A stretch of 42,034 bases of DNA, taken from assembly GCA_964530855.1 (NCBI GenBank), contig CAZHBV010000001.1, forward strand, positions 1 to 42,034, read 5' to 3'. The stretch comes from an uncultured Candidatus Saccharibacteria bacterium (GTDB lineage: Bacteria; Patescibacteriota; Minisyncoccia; Minisyncoccales; PEYH01). Below the pieces are notes generated by a model that saw only the letters and a program-made list of their open reading frames with translations, did not search any database and was not told the origin of the DNA. Of this stretch, positions 23,491 to 32,769 are shown piece after piece (positions within the stretch are counted from its first letter, which is position 1; each line of letters opens with the position of its first letter). A program made the translations under genes and the position numbers.

Positions 23491-23519
23491 TTGCACTTTT
23501 AAAAAGGGTGTGATATTCT
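23491..23519 (+). promoter_or_regulatory. Candidate promoter of rpsT (TTGCAC, 17-nt spacer, TGaTATTCT extended -10)
   Basis: TTGCAC at 23491-23496 and TATTCT at 23514-23519, preceded by TGa. The palindrome GCAAGTaACTTGC (23482-23494) overlaps the -35. Confidence 0.35.
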
Positions 23520-23535
23520 ACATTATATTAAAAAT

Positions 23536-23796
23536 ATGCCTCGAACAAAATCAGCAAAAAAGGCTTTAAAACAAGAAAGAAAACGCCGGGCCAGAAATCT
23601 TTGGTATAAAAAAAGGATAAAAGAGACGGAAATAAGAATAAAAAAGTTGAGTCAAGAAGGAAAGTCTAAAGAAGCAAAGGCCCTGCTACCTCTTTTTTTT
23701 AAGTTTGTTGATAAGGCTGCTAAAGTTGGAGTAGTAAAGAAAAACAAAGCAGCAAGAATGAAATCGAAAATGAGTAGGTCTTTGGCAGAAAGTTAG
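23536..23796 (+). CDS. rpsT: 30S ribosomal protein S20
   Basis: MPRTKSAKKALKQERKRRARNLWYKKRIK... Typical bS20 sequence and size (86 aa). Confidence 0.9.
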   Translation: MPRTKSAKKALKQERKRRARNLWYKKRIKETEIRIKKLSQEGKSKEAKALLPLFFKFVDKAAKVGVVKKNKAARMKSKMSRSLAES

Positions 23797-24725
23797 AGAT
23801 CTAAAACCAAAAGTTCTAGACCTTCTTCGGGTGCTATTCTTCCTCGTTTTATTGCTAACTCTATCTTGAAAATTTTACGATAGAATTTTTTTAATTGATC
23901 TAAAGTAAACTTCCTCGATTGGATTGATGCTTTTTTTAGGACAAAAGGATGAATATCTTTAAACTCTTCAACTAAAGCCTGATAAGGTGCTTTTTTTTCC
24001 TTCACTACAAGAAGGTTTTTAAATTGGTATTTTATCATTGAAAGGATATAAAGAGGAGATTCTCCTTTTTGAAGATGTTTATAAATAAGTTTCAATGCTT
24101 GTTTTTTGTTTCTCTCTGCCAGAGCATCTATTGTCCTGAAAATATTGGTATCTATGCTTGGGTTTACAAGAAGCAATACATCGTCTTTCTTAATAATTTT
24201 CTCTTTATTCCTATAAGCCATTAATTTTTGAAGATTTAAATAAAGTTTCCACAAATCATTCTCTACATAATCTATTAAAATTTGCTGGGCTTCTTCTTCT
24301 ATTTGAAAATTTTTTTCTCTCAATATTCTCTTTATAAACTTCTTTATTTGATATAAATCAGGCTCAGAAAACTCGTAAATCTCCCCTATCTTCTGGATAA
24401 GTTTAAAAAAAGGATCTTTTTTATCAAGGTTTCCTTTTTCAAAAAATATTAGAATAATTTGGGGGGACAAAAATTTTTTGTTTCTTTTTAAAAACTCTTC
24501 CTTAAATTTCTGATTCTGCCAGATCTCTTCTATAAGAATGAAAACACTCTTAGCAAAAAGGGGGGCATTATTTACTTTATCTTCTATTTCAGAAAGATCT
24601 AAATTTTTACCATGGAATTTAAAAATAGGAAAAACTTTCTCAAAAAATTTTTTTCTTTCTTCTAATATCTCCTTAACTTTGCGTCTAGCAAAAAACGTAT
24701 TTGAACCAAAAATAAGATAAACCAT
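23793..24725 (-). CDS. holA: DNA polymerase III delta subunit
   Basis: 310 aa. The N-terminus YLIFGSNTFFARRKVKEILE, the size and the helical C-terminal half fit HolA. Confidence 0.7.
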   Translation of the reverse strand: MVYLIFGSNTFFARRKVKEILEERKKFFEKVFPIFKFHGKNLDLSEIEDKVNNAPLFAKSVFILIEEIWQNQKFKEEFLKRNKKFLSPQIILIFFEKGNLDKKDPFFKLIQKIGEIYEFSEPDLYQIKKFIKRILREKNFQIEEEAQQILIDYVENDLWKLYLNLQKLMAYRNKEKIIKKDDVLLLVNPSIDTNIFRTIDALAERNKKQALKLIYKHLQKGESPLYILSMIKYQFKNLLVVKEKKAPYQALVEEFKDIHPFVLKKASIQSRKFTLDQLKKFYRKIFKIELAIKRGRIAPEEGLELLVLDL

Positions 24726-24734
24726 AATAAATTA

Positions 24735-25607
24735 TCACTTTTGGCATTTTGGGCAAAAATAAGAAGATCTTTGAGCAATTTTTATTCTTTTTATAGGGGT
24801 CTTACAAACAAAACAAGGCTTACCTTCTCTTCTGTACACTTTTCTCAAGGCATCAAACCCTCCTTTTGAACCATCAGGTTTTCGATAATCTGAAATGCTC
24901 TCTCCTCCCACCTCTATGGCTTTTTTTAAAATCTTTTTAATTGACCAATAAAGTTTCTTTATCTCTTTTTCGCTTAAAGTATTGGCTCTTCTTTCAGGAT
25001 GAATTGCCGCTGCAAACAAAGCCTCATCCGAATAAATGTTTCCAATTCCAGCAATTACCGATTGATCCATCAAAACCTGCTTAATTTTTCTTTTTGTGCC
25101 TGTGATTCTTCTTTTAAACTCTTTTAAAGTAAACTCCGCACTCAAAGGATCTATCCCTAGTTTGCTAATTTCTTTAGATTGCATCAACTGTCTCTTGTCC
25201 CAAAGTTCCACTTTAGCAAATTTTCTTAAATCCGATAAAGCCAGCATAAGGCCATTGTCTAAAAAGAAAATCAAATGGATAAACCTATTGGCGGGATCTT
25301 CCAAATGTCCTTTTTTAAGAGGAATCCATGAATTATCTTGTCTTTTCCATTTTCCAAGAAGCAAATGTCCTGTTAGTTTTTGGTGAATTAAAAGAACTTT
25401 GTCATTATCCAGAAAAAATAGAATATTTTTTCCTCTTCTTTCTATCTTTGTAATTTTCTTTTTTAGAATTTCTTTTTTGAAAACATCAAAATTTTTTGGT
25501 CGCTTTATCAATTTTTTAGTATCCGTCCATAAATCAATAAAAACTCTTTTTAGGATCTTCTTCCTGAGCTCTCTTATAGTAACCTCAACTTCGGGTAGTT
25601 CAGGCAT
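24735..25607 (-). CDS. mutM: Formamidopyrimidine-DNA glycosylase (Fpg/MutM)
   Basis: MPELPEVE N-terminus, H2TH (VIAGIGNIYSDEALF) and a C-terminal zinc finger (CFVCKTPI...FCPKCQ). Confidence 0.9.
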   Translation of the reverse strand: MPELPEVEVTIRELRKKILKRVFIDLWTDTKKLIKRPKNFDVFKKEILKKKITKIERRGKNILFFLDNDKVLLIHQKLTGHLLLGKWKRQDNSWIPLKKGHLEDPANRFIHLIFFLDNGLMLALSDLRKFAKVELWDKRQLMQSKEISKLGIDPLSAEFTLKEFKRRITGTKRKIKQVLMDQSVIAGIGNIYSDEALFAAAIHPERRANTLSEKEIKKLYWSIKKILKKAIEVGGESISDYRKPDGSKGGFDALRKVYRREGKPCFVCKTPIKRIKIAQRSSYFCPKCQK

Positions 25608-25980
25608 GATTCTTTTTGCTAAGAATACTTCTGATTTTTTCTACAATTTCTTCGGGCGTGAAATGTGCCTTTACAAGAAAATCCTCTGCTCCCAATTTTA
25701 AACCTTTTTCTATTTCATCTTTTTGGCCCAAATTTGAGAGAATTAAAACAGGGATGAGAGAAGTTTTTGGATCGTCTTTTACTTTTGCCAGAACTTCAAA
25801 CCCATCCATTCCAGGTAAAATTAAATCTAAAAGAATAAGATCCGGCGATTCTTCTTTTGCTTTTTTTAATCCTTCTTCCCCATCTATCGCTTCAACTATC
25901 TGATATCCTTCCTTTGTCAACTTCCGGGCTATTAATTCCCTTAAAAATTTATCATCTTCGATTATTAGAATTTTTGCCAT
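25600..25980 (-). CDS. Stand-alone response regulator receiver (CheY-like)
   Basis: KILIIEDD...DLILLDLILPGMDGFE...PVLILSN...KLGAEDFLVK. It has a receiver domain only (126 aa). Confidence 0.9.
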   Translation of the reverse strand: MAKILIIEDDKFLRELIARKLTKEGYQIVEAIDGEEGLKKAKEESPDLILLDLILPGMDGFEVLAKVKDDPKTSLIPVLILSNLGQKDEIEKGLKLGAEDFLVKAHFTPEEIVEKIRSILSKKNHA

Positions 25981-25998
25981 ATTAATCTTTAATTATTT

Positions 25999-26373
25999 TT
26001 AAGGCCGACCTATTTGTTGAATAACTTTTTCAATAACTTCTTTTGGGTCAAACTCTGTCTTGATTAACCAATCTTTTGCTCCTAATTCCTTTGCTTTATT
26101 TAATTCCACAGGCTGGCCTGAATTCGAAATCACAATAATAGGAATGCTTCTTAAACTTTCATCCTCTTTCAACTTCTCCATTACTTCAAAACCTCCCATT
26201 TTGGGCATAATAATATCAAGTAAAATTAGATCGGGCACTATCTCCTTTACCGCTTTAAGTCCTGCTTCACCATCCTTGGCTGTATATACCTCATATCCTA
26301 AATTACTAAGTTTTTTATTCAAAAGATTTAAGAGAATTTCTTCATCTTCAATGATTAAAATTTTTTTGGCCAT
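25999..26373 (-). CDS. Stand-alone response regulator receiver (CheY-like), paralogue
   Basis: KILIIEDE...DLILLDIIMPKMGGFE...PIIVISN...ELGAKDWLIK. It has a receiver domain only (124 aa). Confidence 0.9.
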   Translation of the reverse strand: MAKKILIIEDEEILLNLLNKKLSNLGYEVYTAKDGEAGLKAVKEIVPDLILLDIIMPKMGGFEVMEKLKEDESLRSIPIIVISNSGQPVELNKAKELGAKDWLIKTEFDPKEVIEKVIQQIGRP

Positions 26374-26421
26374 TTTTCTTCTTTAATTTTTTTAAAAATA
26401 ATATTATCTTTATTATAACCC

Positions 26422-28005
26422 CTATATTAGGGCAGGTAAAGTGAAAAAGAATGTTGTTCCTTTATTCTCTTTAGACTTAAACCATATTTTACCACCGTGG
26501 GCCTCCACAATATTTTTACTAATAAAAAGACCTAATCCAGTTCCTTCTGTCTCCATCTTAATCACATTTGACCCTCTAAAGAAACGGCTAAATACTCTTT
26601 TTTGTTGCTCTTTGGGTATACCTACCCCCGTGTCTTTAACGCTGAACAATACTTCCTTATTTTTTCTTTCAACTGTAACTGTAATTTTCCCTTTACAAGG
26701 AGTATAATGAATAGCATTCTCGATCAGGTTTTTAATAACCAATGTGATTTTCTCAATGTCTACTTTTACCACTTTAGGTTTTTTGCTTTCTTTTACAACC
26801 AATTTGTAGGTAAGATTTTTCTTTTTGGCAAGTTCCTTAAGGGAATTAAAGGTTTTCTTCACTAATTGATCAAATTCTACTACTTTCGGCTGATAAACAA
26901 ATCTTCCTTCCTCAATTCTGGCAACATTTAACAAATCGTTGACAAGCCTTATCATTCTTTCATTAGTTTGATAGGTCTTCTGTAAAAATTCTTTTTGTTC
27001 CTTAGTCAAAGACCCAACATCCCCAGCAAGCAACATCCCTAAACTCCATTTAATAATAGACAAAGGAGTCCTCAACTGATGTGCCGAAATTGAAACAAAC
27101 TGACTCTTCATTTCTTCAATTGCTTTCTCCCGTGTAATATCATGCAAAATCACAAAAAACGAAATTTTTTTTCTTTGATAAGTTGCAAAAGAAGTTGTCA
27201 CTTCTAAATATAAATTTTTCCTCAAAGGCATTTCTTTTCTAAACACCTCTTTAAACCCACCATCCAACAATTTTAACAATACCTTCATCCTTCTCATCCT
27301 TTTTAATTCATCCATTGTCTTTCCCAAAACTTCTTCCTTTTTAACTCCCAAAAACTCTTCTGCTTTCTCATTGATCATCTCTAATTCCTTCCTCAAATTA
27401 AAAACAAGAATTCCATCAACAAAGTTTAAAATAATTGCCTCGGTCTTCTTCCTCTCTTCCTCCGCTCTCACCCTTGCCGCTTCGGTATCTTCTAAAATAT
27501 TTAACAAAGCTCTTCGGGAGTCCTCCAACTCTTTTGTCCTCTGAGAAATTTTTCTTTCCATCTCTCTTTGAAGCCTCCATGAAGCAGTAATATCAACTAT
27601 CCCAACGAAAAATCCTACAAAGTTACCTTGCGTATCCTTTCGTGGTGCAAGGTGTATATTTACTATCTTTTTTTCTTTATTTTTTCTGACTAAAGTAAGT
27701 TCCTTTCCGAAGATCTTCCCATTTTTCTTGGAAATATCTAAAAGATCATTTATTTCTGCCTTCTCAACGAAAATTTCTGAAATATGTTTTTGAATAATTT
27801 CTGTCTGAGAGTATCCTGAAATCTCTTCAAATGCTTTATTTGTTCTTTCTATTAATCCAGAGGAATCAAGGTCACAGATAGGTAAAGGAAGAAATAAAAG
27901 GAATTCATTTAGATAGACCGTTAGATTGTTTAGATCCTTTCTTAACTTCCGTACCTCTTCTTGAAGATTCTTAAGTTGTTGTCTTCTTTGAAAAAAAACT
28001 ACCAT
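26422..28005 (-). CDS. Soluble PAS-domain sensor histidine kinase
   Basis: It has no TM segment. An N-terminal coiled coil is followed by two PAS-like regions, the H-box SAHQLRTPLS, the N-box LIENAIHYT, G1 VKDTGVGIP and G2 GTGLGL. Confidence 0.9.
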   Translation of the reverse strand: MVVFFQRRQQLKNLQEEVRKLRKDLNNLTVYLNEFLLFLPLPICDLDSSGLIERTNKAFEEISGYSQTEIIQKHISEIFVEKAEINDLLDISKKNGKIFGKELTLVRKNKEKKIVNIHLAPRKDTQGNFVGFFVGIVDITASWRLQREMERKISQRTKELEDSRRALLNILEDTEAARVRAEEERKKTEAIILNFVDGILVFNLRKELEMINEKAEEFLGVKKEEVLGKTMDELKRMRRMKVLLKLLDGGFKEVFRKEMPLRKNLYLEVTTSFATYQRKKISFFVILHDITREKAIEEMKSQFVSISAHQLRTPLSIIKWSLGMLLAGDVGSLTKEQKEFLQKTYQTNERMIRLVNDLLNVARIEEGRFVYQPKVVEFDQLVKKTFNSLKELAKKKNLTYKLVVKESKKPKVVKVDIEKITLVIKNLIENAIHYTPCKGKITVTVERKNKEVLFSVKDTGVGIPKEQQKRVFSRFFRGSNVIKMETEGTGLGLFISKNIVEAHGGKIWFKSKENKGTTFFFTLPALI

Positions 28006-28076
28006 CTTATTTTCACCTAAATATTATTGGTTTAAGTAAGCATCTCTCTATATTTTTCTCTTTTGTGGCTTTACAA

Positions 28077-28742
28077 TTATCTTTCTCTGTCTTTTTCATA
28101 TTGTTTTAATTTTTCCTCCAATTCTTTCACTCTGTTTTTCAATTCTATCATTTTTATTTCTCTTCCAACTGTAAGCCGATGAAATCTTTCCAATTCTTTT
28201 ATCCTTTCCTGCAATTCTTTGGTCCTTTCTTTTACTTTTTCATCCAAAGTCTTGGCTAATTCTTCTAACTCCTTGGTCCTCGCTTTTACTCTTATTTCTA
28301 ACACCTTTTTTTCATCTTCTAAGGCCTCTCTTTGTTCCTTTAATTTTTGAACCATCTGATTAAACTCTTGGGCTAATTCTCCTATTTCATCCCTTGTAGG
28401 TATTTTAACCTTTACATTTAGATTCCCTTCCCCAACTTTTTTTGCTGCTTGAAGTAGTTGAAAAATTGGCTTTACAAGACGTGAGACAAAAAAGACAGAA
28501 AACAAAATAGTTAACAAAATAATAAAAACAAAAGACGAGGCGCTAATAAGCCAAGTAGTATAGATATTCACTTCCACATTTCTAAAAGTTTCTGGAGATA
28601 AAAAAGGTTTAATCTGGGCAACTATATTTTCGTATCCGTTATAAATGATATATGCAAAAATCAAATTAGAAAAACAAGTGATTGCCAAAATCCCCCAAAA
28701 AATTCTAAAAAAGATACTCGTTTTCTTTTTTCTTTCTTTCAT
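28077..28742 (-). CDS. Membrane protein with two TM helices, a HAMP domain and a long coiled coil, but no output domain
   Basis: The TM helices are at about aa 10-32 and 62-85. The HAMP region is RLVKPIFQLLQAAKKVGEGNLNVKVKIPTRDEIGELAQEFNQMVQKL. It is followed by a charged heptad-rich tail that runs to the stop. Confidence 0.8.
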   Translation of the reverse strand: MKERKKKTSIFFRIFWGILAITCFSNLIFAYIIYNGYENIVAQIKPFLSPETFRNVEVNIYTTWLISASSFVFIILLTILFSVFFVSRLVKPIFQLLQAAKKVGEGNLNVKVKIPTRDEIGELAQEFNQMVQKLKEQREALEDEKKVLEIRVKARTKELEELAKTLDEKVKERTKELQERIKELERFHRLTVGREIKMIELKNRVKELEEKLKQYEKDRER

Positions 28743-28797
28743 AAAAATTTCTTTTTTTATGATACTATAAAAAACGTTTTAATTGAACACATAAAAT

Positions 28798-29745
28798 TTA
28801 AATAAGTTTTTTCTGAAGTACTTTTTTAGAAGTTGCAGAAGATTGAAAAATGTCAGGTAGTCTTTTTATGAGACTGTAAAATCCATAAGCTTCTAATACC
28901 TTTTTTATTTTTCCTTTTTGTAAATTCAAAATAGCACAGTCTTTAAGCCGAAATTGTATAGGAACATTTTTTTTAATTTGGGCTAATTTTTTTGACAAAA
29001 ATGCCTGCTCTTTATATTTCAACAGCGCTTCTTTAATTTTAGGTTTGATTTTGTTGCCCTCTTCTTTAAAAAGAGCCTTATAGAGACCTTCTAAACTCTG
29101 GAAATTTTTAATTAATTGGCAAGCGGTTTTCCTCCCAATACCATATACCCCCGGAATATTATCCGAAGGATCTCCAAAGAGAGCCTTAAAATCAGAAATT
29201 TGTCCTGGCAACAATTCTAGTTTTTCCTTTACTAAATTCTCATCATATAAACCAGTGTTTTTAATGCCCCTTTTTAGAAGATAAACTTTTGTTAAAGAAT
29301 CAACTAGTTGCAGCATATCTAAGTCTCCGGTAACAATAATGGTTTCAATTTCCGAATCTTTTTCTTGTTCTTTTACAATTTTTGAAATTGTCCCAATGAT
29401 ATCATCTGCTTCATACCCCTTTTTCTCAAAAATTTTAACCCCAATCTCTTGAAGAATTTTTTTAATCTCTGGAATTTGCTGATAAAACTCATCTGGAGCT
29501 TTAGGCCGCTTGGCTTTGTATTCCTTAAAAATTTTCTCTCTAAATGTAGGAGCAGGGAAATCAAAAGCCACCGCTAAGAAATCTGGTCTAAATTCTTTTA
29601 TTACTTTAAAAAGAACCAGTAAAAACCCATAGACTGCATTTATTGGTTTTCCTTCTTTAGTTGTCAAAGGTGGTAAAGCATAAAAAGCTCTATGTAAAAT
29701 AGCATTCGCATCTAATACAAGAAGGGTTTGTTTTGAATTGGTCAT
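28798..29745 (-). CDS. Stand-alone 5'-3' exonuclease / flap endonuclease (Pol I N-terminal domain type)
   Basis: LLVLDANAILHRAFYALP, YKAKRPKAPDEF, GYEADDIIGT, VTGDLDMLQLV and DNIPGVYGIGRKTA. There is no polymerase domain. Confidence 0.85.
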   Translation of the reverse strand: MTNSKQTLLVLDANAILHRAFYALPPLTTKEGKPINAVYGFLLVLFKVIKEFRPDFLAVAFDFPAPTFREKIFKEYKAKRPKAPDEFYQQIPEIKKILQEIGVKIFEKKGYEADDIIGTISKIVKEQEKDSEIETIIVTGDLDMLQLVDSLTKVYLLKRGIKNTGLYDENLVKEKLELLPGQISDFKALFGDPSDNIPGVYGIGRKTACQLIKNFQSLEGLYKALFKEEGNKIKPKIKEALLKYKEQAFLSKKLAQIKKNVPIQFRLKDCAILNLQKGKIKKVLEAYGFYSLIKRLPDIFQSSATSKKVLQKKLI

Positions 29746-30209
29746 AAAGTTTTACCTGTTTTTACAATTATTTTACGAGTCTTTGGGTCTACCATTTTAA
29801 ATTTTACCTCTATTGTGCTTTTGGGCAAAAACTCTTTTATTTTGTCTGCCCATTCAATAGCAATTATATTTTTTGGAGATAGAATACTTTCCCACCCGAT
29901 ACCTAAAATATCCTGTGGAGACCCAAGCCGCCAGCAATCTATATGATAAAAATTCTTAAAATGAGAGTGAGAAAGTTTGAATCTTTTCATCAAAACAAAT
30001 GTCGGACTTAAAATTCTTTTTTTAACTCCAAAGCCTAAAGCAAGACCCTTCAAAAAAGTTGTTTTCCCGCTTCCTAATTTGCCAATCAAAGCAAAAATAA
30101 TCGGTCCTTCTTCCTTTTTTTGAACCTCTCTTGCTATTTTTTGAGCCAAAAGTCTTGTTGCGTGTGGTGAGTGAGTAATGTATTCTTTTTTCATTGACTT
30201 TTTTAGCAA
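29742..30209 (-). CDS. tsaE: tRNA t6A37 biosynthesis ATPase TsaE
   Basis: LIGKLGSGKTTFLKGLA, SPTFVLM and HIDCWRL motifs in 155 aa. Confidence 0.85.
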   Translation of the reverse strand: MLKKSMKKEYITHSPHATRLLAQKIAREVQKKEEGPIIFALIGKLGSGKTTFLKGLALGFGVKKRILSPTFVLMKRFKLSHSHFKNFYHIDCWRLGSPQDILGIGWESILSPKNIIAIEWADKIKEFLPKSTIEVKFKMVDPKTRKIIVKTGKTL

Positions 30210-30233
30210 AGGAGAGTAGGTTAAAAATAGAAC

Positions 30234-31325
30234 ATGGAGGAATTTCCCGAAATAAAAAAACTAATTGAGAAAAATCGATCTATTCTTATCTGCGCGAATC
30301 CAGCAAGAGACTCGTTGGATGTTATTTTAGCCACCTCCTCCCTTTTTTATACTCTAAAAAAAATCGGTAAAGCTGTAAAACTTTATCCGGAGAATTTTTT
30401 AGCAGATAAACATTTTTTCTCTTTTCCATTAAAAGAACTTAAAAACTTTATTCTAGTTTTCAAAAACCCAGACTTTTTCCCTGAAATTTATTACAAAAAA
30501 AACAATGATACAATGGAACTTTGTTTGTTAACAAAAGGCAAGTTACCTAAATCTGAGGAGATAAGTATCTATATTCCAAAGGAAACTTCTCAAGATATTG
30601 ACCTTGTAATCACTGTTGGGGTATCCTCGCTGGAAAGTTTAGGAGACTTTTATGAGAAAAATTTCAAAATTTTTTTTAATGCACCAATTATTAATCTTGA
30701 CAACAATTTAAACAATAGAGAATTTGGCAAAATTAATCTTATTGAAGAGTATCCCCTTGGCTTTTTAGTCTTCAAACTAATTCGTCAATTTCCCAAAGGC
30801 ATTTTTGATAGATATCTTGCAAAATCTCTATTTTTAAGCATCTTCTTGTCTTTGAAAGAAAAAGAAGTACAGGAAAATTTGTTAAAAGCTCTTTGTTTCT
30901 TAAAGGAGTATGTTGCTGATTTTAAAGACATTAAAGAAACGATTCTTCAGGGTTTTTCATCTAAAGAAAAAAATCTCTTTGAAGTTTTTGTAAGATCCAT
31001 GGAATATCCATTTAAAGTTCCATTTCCAATAGTTAGTTTGAAGAAAAACCAATTAGAGAAGTTTCAACTTCAAGAGAAAGATCTTCCTTTAGGTATTCGG
31101 CTTTTTAGAGAAAAGCTTGTGGTTTTGCCATCAATACTTTTTATATGGGAAAGTCATGCTTCTTCAAATTCCACAAAAGGAATTCTCTACTCTAGCAAAC
31201 AAGAACATCTCTCTAGATTATTTAGAACTTTCTCCGGCATCAAAGACAAAGAAAGAATATTTTTTTCAACAAAAGAAGACATTATGTCAACAAAAAACTT
31301 AATTTGTAAAATGTTTCATGAGTAA
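30234..31325 (+). CDS. DHH/NrnA-like protein with degenerate catalytic motifs (probable pseudoenzyme)
   Basis: The architecture and local patterns resemble NrnA-type DHH phosphoesterases, but motif I reads CANPARDSLD and the DHH motif position reads IINLDNNLNNREFG (DNN). No GGGH motif is recognisable. Confidence 0.4.
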   Translation: MEEFPEIKKLIEKNRSILICANPARDSLDVILATSSLFYTLKKIGKAVKLYPENFLADKHFFSFPLKELKNFILVFKNPDFFPEIYYKKNNDTMELCLLTKGKLPKSEEISIYIPKETSQDIDLVITVGVSSLESLGDFYEKNFKIFFNAPIINLDNNLNNREFGKINLIEEYPLGFLVFKLIRQFPKGIFDRYLAKSLFLSIFLSLKEKEVQENLLKALCFLKEYVADFKDIKETILQGFSSKEKNLFEVFVRSMEYPFKVPFPIVSLKKNQLEKFQLQEKDLPLGIRLFREKLVVLPSILFIWESHASSNSTKGILYSSKQEHLSRLFRTFSGIKDKERIFFSTKEDIMSTKNLICKMFHE

Positions 31326-32646
31326 AATTACCCAAAAAATAGAAATTTCCTCAACTATCCAAAAGACAATATCAAAAAAAGTGGAGGGGGTTTTGGATCT
31401 AGGAAATCTAGTAGAGAAATGCCTTTCTAAAGATACATCTTTTTTATTAAGCGTAATTCTCCAAGGGGCAATTTATCTGGCTGCCTCAGATATTCATTTA
31501 GAACCAAGGGAAACTAATGTAAAGATGCGAGTTAGAATAGATGGAATGCTGCAGGATGTTTCAATTATTCCACCTAAAGTATACCATTTTTTACTCTCCC
31601 GAATAAAACTATTGGCTGGACTAAAATTAAACATTCATAACCGTCCCCAAGATGGAAGTTTTTCGGTAATTTTACCTGCTTTATCTAAAAAAGAAAAGGC
31701 AAAAGAAATAGAAATAAGAACCTCTGTGCTTCCAGCAGATTACGGAGAATCAATCGTAATGAGGATTTTGGATCCTGCAAATTTAAGGAGTATTGAAGAA
31801 CTGGGTTTAAGAGAAGATTTATTAGAATTGTTTAAAAAAGAAATAAAAAAACCAAACGGAATGATCATTGTCACCGGTCCGACAGGATCTGGTAAAACAA
31901 CTACTCTTTATGCTTTCTTACAATACCTAAATAAACCCCAAATTAAAATCATTACTATAGAAGATCCAATCGAATACAGGCTAGAAGGAATTTCTCAAAC
32001 TGAGGTTCACCCTGAAAGAGGTTATGATTTCGCAAACGGTCTAAGAGCCATTGTTAGACAAGATCCAGATGTAATTCTTGTAGGAGAAATACGAGATCTT
32101 GAAACTGCTCAAATTGCCATTCAGGCTTCTTTAACAGGCCACCTTGTTTTCTCCACTCTTCACACGAACGATGCTGCCGGGACTATTCCAAGGTTAGTGT
32201 CTCTTGGTGCAAACCCTTCAAACATAGCGCCGGCAATCAATTTAGCAATTGCTCAAAGATTGGTTAGAAAAATCTGTCCAAAATGTTTTATTTTTCGCCC
32301 TTTAAAAGAAGAGGAAAAGAAAATCATTCAGGATGAGTTAAAAAATATCCCTGAACAATTAAAAAAGAAATATAACCTTGAAAACTTGAATGAAATTCAG
32401 GTAAAAGAAGGTAAGGGGTGTAAGTTTTGTAATTTCACAGGTTATAAAGGAAGAATTGGTATTTTTGAAGCTATTTTGGTAAATGAGGAAATGGAGGATT
32501 TAATTTTAAAAAATCCTTCTATCGTGGAAATAAAAAGACTAGCAAAGAAACACGGAATGGTATCTATGTATCAAGATGGTCTCCTTAAAGTCCTTTCTGG
32601 TATCACTACGATCCAAGAGGTACAAAGAGTTGCTAAAGAGGACTAA
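31318..32646 (+). CDS. GspE/PilB-family secretion or type IV pilus assembly ATPase
   Basis: Walker A VTGPTGSGKTTTLYA, Asp box, Walker B DPDVILVGEIRD, His box TGHLVFSTLHTN and the tetracysteine motif CPKC...CKFC. It overlaps the upstream gene by 8 nt. Confidence 0.85.
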   Translation: MSKITQKIEISSTIQKTISKKVEGVLDLGNLVEKCLSKDTSFLLSVILQGAIYLAASDIHLEPRETNVKMRVRIDGMLQDVSIIPPKVYHFLLSRIKLLAGLKLNIHNRPQDGSFSVILPALSKKEKAKEIEIRTSVLPADYGESIVMRILDPANLRSIEELGLREDLLELFKKEIKKPNGMIIVTGPTGSGKTTTLYAFLQYLNKPQIKIITIEDPIEYRLEGISQTEVHPERGYDFANGLRAIVRQDPDVILVGEIRDLETAQIAIQASLTGHLVFSTLHTNDAAGTIPRLVSLGANPSNIAPAINLAIAQRLVRKICPKCFIFRPLKEEEKKIIQDELKNIPEQLKKKYNLENLNEIQVKEGKGCKFCNFTGYKGRIGIFEAILVNEEMEDLILKNPSIVEIKRLAKKHGMVSMYQDGLLKVLSGITTIQEVQRVAKED

Positions 32647-32655
32647 AATTTAAAA

Positions 32656-32769
32656 TCCCTGACCGGATTGTCCTTGGGTTTCCCAAAAGATCAGGATTTT
32701 TCCGAGGAATAGTCGAGCCAGAGCCCAACTATTCCAAGGGTCTAAGAAAAATCCCTTTCCGGCCAGGGA
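32656..32769 (+). ncRNA. Candidate structured RNA of unknown class in the pilB-like/ruvB spacer
   Basis: A closing helix pairs TCCCTGACCGG (32656-32666) with CCGGCCAGGGA (32759-32769). A perfect 8-bp hairpin pairs GGAATAGT (32706-32713) with ACTATTCC (32728-32735). CCTTGG (32672-32677) can pair with CCAAGG (32734-32739). GC content is far above the local background. The strand call rests only on two G-U wobble pairs and the orientation of the flanking genes. Confidence 0.4.

Noticed and set aside
28006-28076. The idea that the HAMP protein and the PAS kinase are one gene broken by a frameshift (a pseudogene)
   Set aside because: The kinase has its own AGGTGA SD and ATG. The upstream ORF ends in a clean stop after a complete coiled-coil tail. 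The 71-nt spacer is AT-rich non-coding sequence. I therefore treat them as two genes and keep the split-sensor idea as a finding.
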